DNA of 64,000 nt, from contig JABJCN010000172.1 of the NCBI GenBank assembly GCA_018668635.1, positions 15,716 through 79,715 on the forward strand. The letters are read 5' to 3'. Made by a program: the position numbers and the translations under genes. Under the pieces are notes generated by a model. The model was not told the DNA's origin and searched no databases. It saw only the letters and a program-made list of their open reading frames with translations. Source of the DNA: Opitutia bacterium. GTDB lineage: Bacteria; Verrucomicrobiota; Verrucomicrobiia; Opitutales; JABJCN01. Positions 56,400 to 64,000 of this stretch are shown here, piece after piece (position 1 is the first letter of the stretch; the number at the start of each line of letters is the position of its first letter).

Positions 56400-57179
56400 A
56401 TGAGCTGTCCAATATTCACAATAGCCAACCAGAAAGGGGGCGTTGGGAAAACGACCACTGCCATCAACCTCTCCGCCGCCCTCGCTGCAGAAAAGATCCC
56501 CACCCTGCTGGTTGACATGGATCCGCAAGGTAATGCCACCAGTGGACTCGGAGTGGAGAAGGAGGAAGGAGTCAGCCTATATGGTCCGATCATGGGGAAC
56601 GGGAAGGCGATAGAGATGGTCAGGGAAACCCCGATCGCAAATCTATCTATAATACCATCCGAGTTAGACCTTGCCGTCATTGAAACGGAACTGGGTCGTA
56701 TTGATAACTATCTCATCCAACTTCGCAACTGCCTGGCTCCATTAAAGAAAAAAAATATATACAAGGCCATTATCCTCGATTGCCCTCCAGCGCTAGGTAT
56801 GCTATCCATGAACGGATTGGCTGCAGCAGATTATTTGTTGATCACCCTCCAATGTGAATACCTGGCACTTGAAGGCCTTGGACAAATCCTGCGGGTCATG
56901 GAGCAAATCAAATCATCAGGTGCCAACAAGAAACTCAAGTTTGGAGGAATAATCATGACAATGTTCGATGGACGAACAAAACTATCCGAGCAGGTTGTGA
57001 CTGAAGTACGAGGACACTTCAAAAAAGAATCCTTCAAGACAGTCATCCCCAGGTCGATTCGCCTGGGAGAGGCACCCAGTTTTGGGCAGACTATTTTTGA
57101 TTACGACAACTATAGCGCTGGAGCGAAGGCTTACCGCAGTCTGACAAAGGAAGTGATCAAACGCTTCAGCTTGAAGTAA
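56400..57179 (+). CDS. parA: ParA/Soj-family chromosome-partitioning ATPase
   Basis: FTIANQKGGVGKTTTAINLSAALA is the deviant Walker A motif. Confidence 0.88.
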   Translation: MSCPIFTIANQKGGVGKTTTAINLSAALAAEKIPTLLVDMDPQGNATSGLGVEKEEGVSLYGPIMGNGKAIEMVRETPIANLSIIPSELDLAVIETELGRIDNYLIQLRNCLAPLKKKNIYKAIILDCPPALGMLSMNGLAAADYLLITLQCEYLALEGLGQILRVMEQIKSSGANKKLKFGGIIMTMFDGRTKLSEQVVTEVRGHFKKESFKTVIPRSIRLGEAPSFGQTIFDYDNYSAGAKAYRSLTKEVIKRFSLK

Positions 57180-57240
57180 GCCCACTAACATTCACCCCCA
57201 ACAGCCACTAAAATCCCGGCTGGATTCGCAGGAAAATAAC

Positions 57241-57942
57241 ATGGCTCAGCAGGATTTCCCTGAAGCCGCAAGGCGATTGCAAAAGCGTATCGGCTATACA
57301 TTTAAGGATGGTGACCTTCTGAAGACCGCCCTCACACACCCCTCCCTCTCTAATGAAAAAAAGCTTGAACTCGAAAATAATCAGCGACTCGAATTCCTTG
57401 GTGACTCGGTTCTAGACCTCATACTTGCTGAGAAATTATATGGAATTTACCCGACGGAACGTGAGGGCTTTCTGGGACAATGCCGTTCATCTCTGGCCCG
57501 AGGGGAAACCCTAACTGAAATAGCCCGGAAATTACGGCTTCAGAAGATCATACTGCTGTCCACGGGAGAGGAACGCAACAAGGGGCGTGAAAAAGACTCC
57601 AGCCTTGAAGACGCTCTTGAATCCCTGATAGGTGCAATATTTTTGGACAGTGACTATCCCACAGCACGCGATGTCATACTCAGGTGGTTCGAGAAATACC
57701 TGTGCAACCTCGAAAGTAAAATCGCCACCGACAATCCGAAAGGAAACCTTCAGGAAGTCGTGCAGGGACAAAACAACGAAAAAATCGAGTATCGTGTCCT
57801 TGATTCCAGTGGACCGGCTCATCAGAAAAAATTCAAGATAGCTGTATTTATTGGAGGCAAACGCAAGGGTACCGGCACAGGGAACAGCAAGAAAAAAGCT
57901 GAGGAGATGGCTGCGGAACGTGCCCTGCGCCGATTTAATTGA
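57241..57942 (+). CDS. rnc: Ribonuclease III
   Basis: NQRLEFLGDSVLDL signature plus a C-terminal dsRBD (SKKKAEEMAAERAL). Confidence 0.9.
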   Translation: MAQQDFPEAARRLQKRIGYTFKDGDLLKTALTHPSLSNEKKLELENNQRLEFLGDSVLDLILAEKLYGIYPTEREGFLGQCRSSLARGETLTEIARKLRLQKIILLSTGEERNKGREKDSSLEDALESLIGAIFLDSDYPTARDVILRWFEKYLCNLESKIATDNPKGNLQEVVQGQNNEKIEYRVLDSSGPAHQKKFKIAVFIGGKRKGTGTGNSKKKAEEMAAERALRRFN

Positions 57943-58058
57943 ATGACAGTCGATTCCAGCGTAAGGCTACAGATAATCCAAAGGGTCGAAATTTACTCTC
58001 CTGGTGCTGGCAATAACTCCATGGGAGCAAAGAAGGGTTCTTAAGTTTTGATTACCCA

Positions 58059-61000
58059 GTGAAACCAATCCAACTTCCAGCAAATGCCAAGAGCCTATTC
58101 CTCTCTGGCATACCTGAACCGGCTACAGCTGCGTTTACTGTTCGTCAACTTCAGGAGCAAACGCACTCCACGGCAATACTCCTAGATAATGACTTGGGTG
58201 AACTGGAGTTCTGGGCTCGTGAGTTACAGTTCTACCTTCGGTTAGCCGGAATGGAGAATCAGTTCCAGATCGGTATACTGCCAGGGATACCGGACGGGGA
58301 AATTGAAAAGGAACGTTTTTTCGACATTTATTGCGACAGGCTCGGAGCACTGACAAAACTTCTGGAATATCGACAACCGAAAGATTGTCATAAGCGACTG
58401 ATAATCCTCACCACACCAACCGCACTTTTCCAAGCCTGCCCAACCCCGGACTTTCTCCAGAACAGGGAAATTCGGATTCGAAAAGGAGATCATCTTCCCT
58501 TTGGTCAATTCACCATTAAATTGGCTGAGGAGCTTGGTTATTATTCAGAGGTTCTTTGTGAAACGCCCGGCGAATTTGCTGTAAGGGGTGGTCTTGTTGA
58601 TGTATACCCCCTCAATGCAAATGCACCGCACCGCATTGATTTTTTCGGGGATGAAGTTGACCAAATTCGTGTATTTGACCCCACAAACCAACGCACCCTT
58701 GAGGAAGTAGATGAAATAATCATCGGAGCCGCTCCTGAAGGAAAGGATCAAGAGGCCTCCAGTGACGTAATTGGCTATCTTCCTCCTGAAATCCTATGGA
58801 TTGTCCGCGAACCCTCCAGACTCACAGCAGAGCACTCAGCCTGGTTCAATCATCCTGATAATTTCGAGAACCCCCACCGCGACTTCCGGGATATCTTTCA
58901 AAGAGACAAGGGGAACCTGGATGGATGGGTTGCACTTGGTGATGTCGACAACGATCCAAACTTCTTTCGGAAAACAAAAAACCGACAAGAGTTCACGGCT
59001 GATTCGGCCAGCACTTTCCTAGTAAACATTCACACCACCGAACGGGAACTTGATGAGTTCGAGACCCTGCATGAACACCGCCGCAAATTCCTAAAGGAGC
59101 TCCAAGACTGGCAACGTCAAAAAATTTATGTTGTCCTTGTCTGTCGCACCGAAAGAGACAGGAAAAAGGTTCAGTCACTACTCGATGAACAAAAGGATCT
59201 TAAAAGTTTTAAACCCGGGTTCGAAGTTGGGGACATCCATGAAGGGTTCCGCCTACAACACAAAGAATTCAGATCCACATTTCCAAAGTTTGCAGACAAG
59301 GCGCCAAATGGCATCGCATTCATAGGTACAGACGACATTCTTGGACGTCGCAAGGCCAGGCTGGGAGGATTTGCCAGACGCCTTCTTCCTCAGCAAAAGC
59401 AGGTCGACCAGTTACTGGATTTCTCGGAACTCGCAGACGGGGACCATATTGTACACCTCCAGCACGGTATAGGAATCTACCGGGGCATTAGCCGCATTGA
59501 ACTGGGACCCAGGGATGAAGAGGTCATTACACTGGAATTTGCGGACGAGACTTTCCTTCATGTCCCTCTGCGGGAGTCACATCTGCTAACACGATACGTT
59601 GGCCTTGCCAAACAATCACCAAAGCTGGGAAAACCCGGTTCCGGCCTTTGGGAAAAGACTCGAGCAAAGGCGGAAAAGGCAGCACTCGACTATGCAGCAG
59701 AACTGCTACATCTTCAAGCCGAACGTGAGGTAGAGGAAGGTCACCCGTATGGCCAGGACCACCCATGGCAACAGGAATTTGAACAGGCCTTCACCTTTCG
59801 CGAGACACCGGATCAACTCAAGGCCATCCAAGCTGTGCAGGAGGACATGCAACGGGAGCGCCCCATGGATCGACTGATCTGCGGAGATGTTGGGTTCGGA
59901 AAGACTGAGGTGGCTATCCGTGCTGCATTTCGTGCCGTCATGGGTGGAAAACAGGTTGCCCTGCTCGCACCGACAACCGTTCTTGCCCAGCAACATTTTA
60001 AAACGTTAAAGGAGCGCATGGCGGATTACCCCATAATTATCCAGCAGGCCAGTCGCTTCGTCTCCTCCGGCAAACTTAAGACCAGCCTAAAGGCATTGAG
60101 CCAAGGTCGTATCGATATTCTTGTTGGCACCCACAGAATCCTCAGCAAAGACATAAAATTTAAAGACCTGGGACTTCTCGTAATTGATGAAGAGCAAAGG
60201 TTCGGGGTGAAGCAAAAGGAACGCCTTAAACAACTCCGCGCTGCAGTTGATATACTGACTCTCAGTGCCACCCCCATTCCACGGACACTATATATGGCAA
60301 TCGCGGGTGCCCGCGACCTGAGCACCATCGAGACCGCTCCAAAAAATAGGCTGCCCATCCAGACCATAGTTAAAAGTTATTCCCCCGAAATCATCCAGCA
60401 GGCCATTCAAGTTGAGACCTCACGAGGCGGGCAGGTCTTCTACCTGCACAACAAAGTGCGATCCATTGAAAGTGTGGCCCGTCGCCTGAGAGAAATGTTT
60501 CCGCGACTCAAAATTGCTGTCGGACACGGGCAGATGAGCGAACGCGATCTGGAAAAGGTCATGACTGATTTCGTTGATGGCATGTATGCAATACTCGTCT
60601 GCACAACCATAATTGAATCCGGACTCGATATCCCAAACTGCAATACCCTCATCATTGAAGGAGCAGACCGGTTTGGGCTCGCCCAGTTGTACCAGTTAAG
60701 AGGCCGAGTTGGAAGGTTCAAGCGCCAAGCGTATGCGTACCTGCTGCTTCACCGGGATACCACACTCCGCGATGAGGCCCGCAAAAGGCTGACTTCAATT
60801 CGACAATTCAACCAGTTGGGCGCCGGATTCAAGATCGCCATGCGAGACCTTGAGTTACGGGGAGCCGGCAACCTGCTTGGAACAGAGCAAAGCGGTCATA
60901 TTGCCGGCATTGGATTTGACCTTTACTGCCAACTGCTTCGCCAAAGTATCGCCAGCCTTAAGGGCGAAAAAACCGCCACTAGAATCAGGGCGGGTCTAAA

Positions 61001-61475
61001 GTTGGACTTTGTTAACTTCGGCAAAAATACTGAAGCTAAAATCCCATCATCACAAACGGACTTTCAGGCGCTAAAAGAATCGAACCTTGAAGGGACCCGG
61101 GTTGACCCAATCCAGGCAATATTACCTGAAACCTATATATCGGAGCCACAACTTCGAATTACATTTTACCGCCGTCTCGCAACCACGTCTGACTTGGATA
61201 CACTCAAGGAGATTGCTGACGAGCTCATTGATCGCTTTAAAAAATATCCCACTGAAGTCAGGGCTCTTTTGTTGACAACAAAAATTCGATGTATGGCCGA
61301 GGCACGAGGTATAATGAGGGTTGAGACCCAGGGAAACCGACTTCTTCTGCATTTATCAAAGGGAAGTGCGGACGAATATATTCGGAGTGGCAAACGATTT
61401 CCTCGCTTGACCAGCAAACAAGCTCTTTCCAGATTAAAGGAAATCGTTCAATACCTGAAAAAAATAAAGCCATGA
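58059..61475 (+). CDS. mfd: Transcription-repair coupling factor
   Basis: 1138 aa with GDVGFGKTEVAIRAAF, DEEQRFGV and a TRG/helicase C-terminal region. The start is a GTG. Confidence 0.92.
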   Translation: MKPIQLPANAKSLFLSGIPEPATAAFTVRQLQEQTHSTAILLDNDLGELEFWARELQFYLRLAGMENQFQIGILPGIPDGEIEKERFFDIYCDRLGALTKLLEYRQPKDCHKRLIILTTPTALFQACPTPDFLQNREIRIRKGDHLPFGQFTIKLAEELGYYSEVLCETPGEFAVRGGLVDVYPLNANAPHRIDFFGDEVDQIRVFDPTNQRTLEEVDEIIIGAAPEGKDQEASSDVIGYLPPEILWIVREPSRLTAEHSAWFNHPDNFENPHRDFRDIFQRDKGNLDGWVALGDVDNDPNFFRKTKNRQEFTADSASTFLVNIHTTERELDEFETLHEHRRKFLKELQDWQRQKIYVVLVCRTERDRKKVQSLLDEQKDLKSFKPGFEVGDIHEGFRLQHKEFRSTFPKFADKAPNGIAFIGTDDILGRRKARLGGFARRLLPQQKQVDQLLDFSELADGDHIVHLQHGIGIYRGISRIELGPRDEEVITLEFADETFLHVPLRESHLLTRYVGLAKQSPKLGKPGSGLWEKTRAKAEKAALDYAAELLHLQAEREVEEGHPYGQDHPWQQEFEQAFTFRETPDQLKAIQAVQEDMQRERPMDRLICGDVGFGKTEVAIRAAFRAVMGGKQVALLAPTTVLAQQHFKTLKERMADYPIIIQQASRFVSSGKLKTSLKALSQGRIDILVGTHRILSKDIKFKDLGLLVIDEEQRFGVKQKERLKQLRAAVDILTLSATPIPRTLYMAIAGARDLSTIETAPKNRLPIQTIVKSYSPEIIQQAIQVETSRGGQVFYLHNKVRSIESVARRLREMFPRLKIAVGHGQMSERDLEKVMTDFVDGMYAILVCTTIIESGLDIPNCNTLIIEGADRFGLAQLYQLRGRVGRFKRQAYAYLLLHRDTTLRDEARKRLTSIRQFNQLGAGFKIAMRDLELRGAGNLLGTEQSGHIAGIGFDLYCQLLRQSIASLKGEKTATRIRAGLKLDFVNFGKNTEAKIPSSQTDFQALKESNLEGTRVDPIQAILPETYISEPQLRITFYRRLATTSDLDTLKEIADELIDRFKKYPTEVRALLLTTKIRCMAEARGIMRVETQGNRLLLHLSKGSADEYIRSGKRFPRLTSKQALSRLKEIVQYLKKIKP

Positions 61476-62470
61476 AGAAAGCTTTCCTTATAATCACTCT
61501 ACTTTCCGCGACCGTGAATGCCCAACAAGAGGCTAAGTCGCCAAGCTTCACTGCTGAGCGATTCACGCCGGGGGCCTTGCCTAGAAATAGTATAATTGCA
61601 GTCGTCGAAGGTGAAATAATAACGGAAGACGAGGTCCGGAGAATAATGCTTCCTTCCATAGGTAGTGTTATTCGTGGCGCGAAATCGAAAGAAGAACTAA
61701 ATAGACAGACGGCACAACTGGCCAATGACATTATACAGAAACTCATCGATGACATTCTAATCGTCAATCACTTCAAGAAAGAAGGTTACCAGATTCCCAA
61801 GACTGTAATAGAGAACCAATACAAAAACGCCATCAAAAGGGAATTCGGGGGTGACCGAAGCCGTTTCCTGCGATACCTCCGTGACCAGAGTAAAACCGTT
61901 CGTCAATACAGGGAGGAACTCGAGGATAAAATCATCATCCAGTCAATGTCCTCCCGCATGCGCAAAACTCAGGCGGAAATTAGTCCTGAAAAAATCGAGG
62001 AATATTATAAGAAAAATAAACTTTTCTTTTTTCAGGACGAAAGTATCCACCTCTCCCAAATAACACTCGCCCCCTATCAGGATGTGGGGCCCGAACAGCT
62101 CATAAAAACAGCTAATCGAATTATAGCGCGCCTCGCAGATGGAGAGGATTTTTCCAAGCTTGCCAGAATCCACAGTAAGGATGATCAGAAGAAAAACGGA
62201 GGTGACTATGGATGGATAAAGCGTTCGGAACTTCGTAAGGAACTTGCTGATGTCGCCTTTAAATTGCGCGACGGCCAATACAGCGAACCCTTTCGCCTCG
62301 CAGACCATGTCTTTATCGTCAAAGTCAACGAAAAGCGCGGAGAAGGCATCCAGCCCCTTGACGAAGTTCGGGACAGGATAGAAAAACTCCTCAATGACCA
62401 GACGGCACGAGAAGCCCAGCGCTCATGGCTATTACGGCTCCGTAAAAAGGCACTGGTACAATATTTCTAG
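61472..62470 (+). CDS. SurA/PpiD-like periplasmic parvulin-type peptidyl-prolyl isomerase
   Basis: It has a signal peptide and a parvulin core (GGDYGWIKRSELRKELADVAFKLRDGQYSEPFRLADHVFIVKV). The start overlaps the mfd stop (ATGA). Confidence 0.8.
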   Translation: MKKAFLIITLLSATVNAQQEAKSPSFTAERFTPGALPRNSIIAVVEGEIITEDEVRRIMLPSIGSVIRGAKSKEELNRQTAQLANDIIQKLIDDILIVNHFKKEGYQIPKTVIENQYKNAIKREFGGDRSRFLRYLRDQSKTVRQYREELEDKIIIQSMSSRMRKTQAEISPEKIEEYYKKNKLFFFQDESIHLSQITLAPYQDVGPEQLIKTANRIIARLADGEDFSKLARIHSKDDQKKNGGDYGWIKRSELRKELADVAFKLRDGQYSEPFRLADHVFIVKVNEKRGEGIQPLDEVRDRIEKLLNDQTAREAQRSWLLRLRKKALVQYF

Positions 62471-63408
62471 CTCACCTTTGCCCGGGGGTGGGCCTGTTGA
62501 TAGACTTTCTTGAGGCGGTCAACCGTAAGATGAGTGTAAATCTGAGTGGTTGAAAGGTTGGCGTGACCGAGGAGATCCTGAACAACGCGGAGATCAGCAC
62601 CGTTATTAAGAAGGTGGGTTGCAAAGGAATGACGAAGCTTGTGGGGCGAAATATCCATCGGGAGACCTGCAAGACCAAGGTATTTTTTCAACAGTAACTG
62701 TACCCGGCGAATACTAATGCGTTTGCCTCCAGTTTCAACCAGAATGGGGTCATCCGGGGCAAGCCTCTCCGCAAAGTTTTTCTTGTAATAGTCGAGACAA
62801 AGCAATGCCGCTTTACCCAATGGACAAAGACGCTCTTTACGTCCCTTGCCAACTATTCGGGCTACGCCCTGGGCCCAATCAATTTGTCCGTAGTTGAGAG
62901 CAACCAGTTCGCTAACACGCAACCCAGCGCCATAGAGAAGTTCCAGGACCAACTGGTCGCGACAGGCCTCCGAATTGGTGATGACATCATTCTGTAAAAG
63001 GCGGGAGGGGCCTTTAATCAATTCCATGCACTGATTTTCACTGAGGAACTTAGGTAGGTTTCTGGAAAGCTTGGGAAGAACAAGACCATTGAAGGGATTT
63101 CTCTCGATCCATTTCATTTTAAGGCAGTAACGGAAAAAAGTTCTCAGGGCAGATACATGATTATGCAAAGTGCGGCGTGCCAATCGGCGTTGCTGCTCGA
63201 TAACAAAATCACGAATGGTCTTGCGGTCAAATTCTCTGGACCGCAACTCTTCCTGAGTAACAGGCCTGTCCGATTCCTCCTCTTCAGCTAAATCCTTGCG
63301 GAGCCAAATGAAAAAATTCTCCACGGCATGCCTGTAGTTTCGGATAGTATAAGAAGACAGTCGCCGCTCGTTAGACAAATGATCGATAAACTGGGAAAGA
63401 GGGTTCAT
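62467..63408 (-). CDS. Tyrosine recombinase XerC/XerD family
   Basis: The N-terminus LSNERRLSSYTIRNYRHAVENFF is a SAM-like domain. Catalytic motifs are GLRVSEL, HKLRHSFATHLL and LGHANLSTTQIYTH. The likely start is Met at 63408; the track extends to 63537. Confidence 0.85.
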   Translation of the reverse strand: MNPLSQFIDHLSNERRLSSYTIRNYRHAVENFFIWLRKDLAEEEESDRPVTQEELRSREFDRKTIRDFVIEQQRRLARRTLHNHVSALRTFFRYCLKMKWIERNPFNGLVLPKLSRNLPKFLSENQCMELIKGPSRLLQNDVITNSEACRDQLVLELLYGAGLRVSELVALNYGQIDWAQGVARIVGKGRKERLCPLGKAALLCLDYYKKNFAERLAPDDPILVETGGKRISIRRVQLLLKKYLGLAGLPMDISPHKLRHSFATHLLNNGADLRVVQDLLGHANLSTTQIYTHLTVDRLKKVYQQAHPRAKVS

Positions 63409-63418
63409 TAAATCCTGT

Positions 63419-63628
63419 CTAGGAGGATAAGGCGGACTCATCATCAGGGACCTGTGAGTCTTGGGTTGATTTAATCTTAGCCTCCCAAGAATCCTGATCC
63501 ATCTTCTTGCGAAGTGCCTCCTCTCGGTACACAACACGAAGCAAAACCACAGTGCATAGAATCAGTATCGTCACAAAAAAAACGATCATAAAGAGAGCCA
63601 GTTTGGGAATTGCTGCCAGAAAAAACAT
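63419..63628 (-). CDS. Small single-pass membrane protein (hypothetical)
   Basis: The 69-aa ORF has one strong hydrophobic helix (LALFMIVFFVTILILCTVVLL) and a charged tail. It sits between the CbiX-like gene and xerC/D. Confidence 0.35.
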   Translation of the reverse strand: MFFLAAIPKLALFMIVFFVTILILCTVVLLRVVYREEALRKKMDQDSWEAKIKSTQDSQVPDDESALSS

Positions 63629-63636
63629 GTTAGAGT

Positions 63637-63999
63637 TTAGTTTGTGGAAATTATCTTACCTGGCAAGGCTTCGTGGAAACGCATAAGCAACAAATGAACA
63701 AGTTTGGGATGCAACCCGATGGGATCGGCAAGTAATAATGGATGCACCGTCGATGCCTTGCAAATGCTATCAATGTCACCACCAGGTCCGGCGTGGCGAC
63801 CTTTGGAAAAGAAGAGAGGAACAACGATTGCGCCATCACTGAATTCCGGTTCCTTAAGCAAATTTTCAAGTAGTGGCTCGTTGAAATCAAATTCTGGTCC
63901 ATCCCTCCGTTCCATGCTACATTCCTGAACTACAAAAGATGACTTTAACAGGCATTTTCCAAGTTGTTTTGCAACTACCCGGCGAACACGGTTAACATC
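63637..63999 (-). CDS. CbiX/SirB-like chelatase, N-terminus beyond window edge
   Basis: AIVVPLFFSKGRHAGPGGDIDSI resembles the CbiX LFLxxGxHxxxDI motif. The frame stays open upstream of the listed Met to the window end (own translation: DVNRVRRVVAKQLGKCLLKSSFVVQECS-MERRD). Confidence 0.5.
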   Translation of the reverse strand, partial: DVNRVRRVVAKQLGKCLLKSSFVVQECSMERRDGPEFDFNEPLLENLLKEPEFSDGAIVVPLFFSKGRHAGPGGDIDSICKASTVHPLLLADPIGLHPKLVHLLLMRFHEALPGKIISTN

Positions 64000-64000
64000 A

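Noticed and set aside
61258-61767. 169-aa minus-strand ORF spanning the mfd / SurA-like junction
   Set aside because: It is antisense to two well-supported, translationally coupled genes.
62467-63537. Tyrosine recombinase considered as a phage or ICE integrase marking a mobile element
   Set aside because: Its size, N-terminal SAM-like domain and catalytic motifs fit chromosomal XerC/XerD. It sits among housekeeping genes (mfd, surA-like), and I could see no att-like repeats, tRNA or phage genes nearby.

Overview
This 64-kb window reads like a chromosome segment from the PVC superphylum (Verrucomicrobiota/Planctomycetota type). That placement is an inference from gene content: DUF1592/DUF1552-type pairs with CxxCH motifs, a Tat-signal Gfo/Idh/MocA oxidoreductase next to a HEAT-repeat protein, and an ECF sigma/FecR pair. 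The left ~37 kb looks accessory. It holds an 8.4-kb ORF for a secreted protein combining a GH13 alpha-amylase domain, acidic calcium-binding-type repeats and a GH57-like domain. Next comes an AT-richer islet with a secreted glycosidase-like protein, an XRE regulator and a decayed FGE/SUMF1 remnant. After that come two translationally coupled giant ORFs (1123 and 2527 aa) built from three paralogous modules that I cannot assign to any family; this is the best candidate for an undescribed system. The accessory part ends with a GT2 glycosyltransferase, an ECF sigma/FecR anti-sigma pair followed by two tandem DUF1592-like/DUF1552-like pairs, and a tRNA-Val-like gene whose acceptor stem does not pair. 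The right ~27 kb is ordinary housekeeping: fcl, gmd, an AraC-type regulator, uvrA, rsmA, ugd, thrC-lysC-hom, plsY, serA, ffh, parA, rnc, mfd, a SurA-like PPIase and xerC/D. I saw no rRNA, CRISPR array, transposase or prophage structural genes. Every functional call rests on motifs I recognised by eye in the supplied translations; no database search was run.
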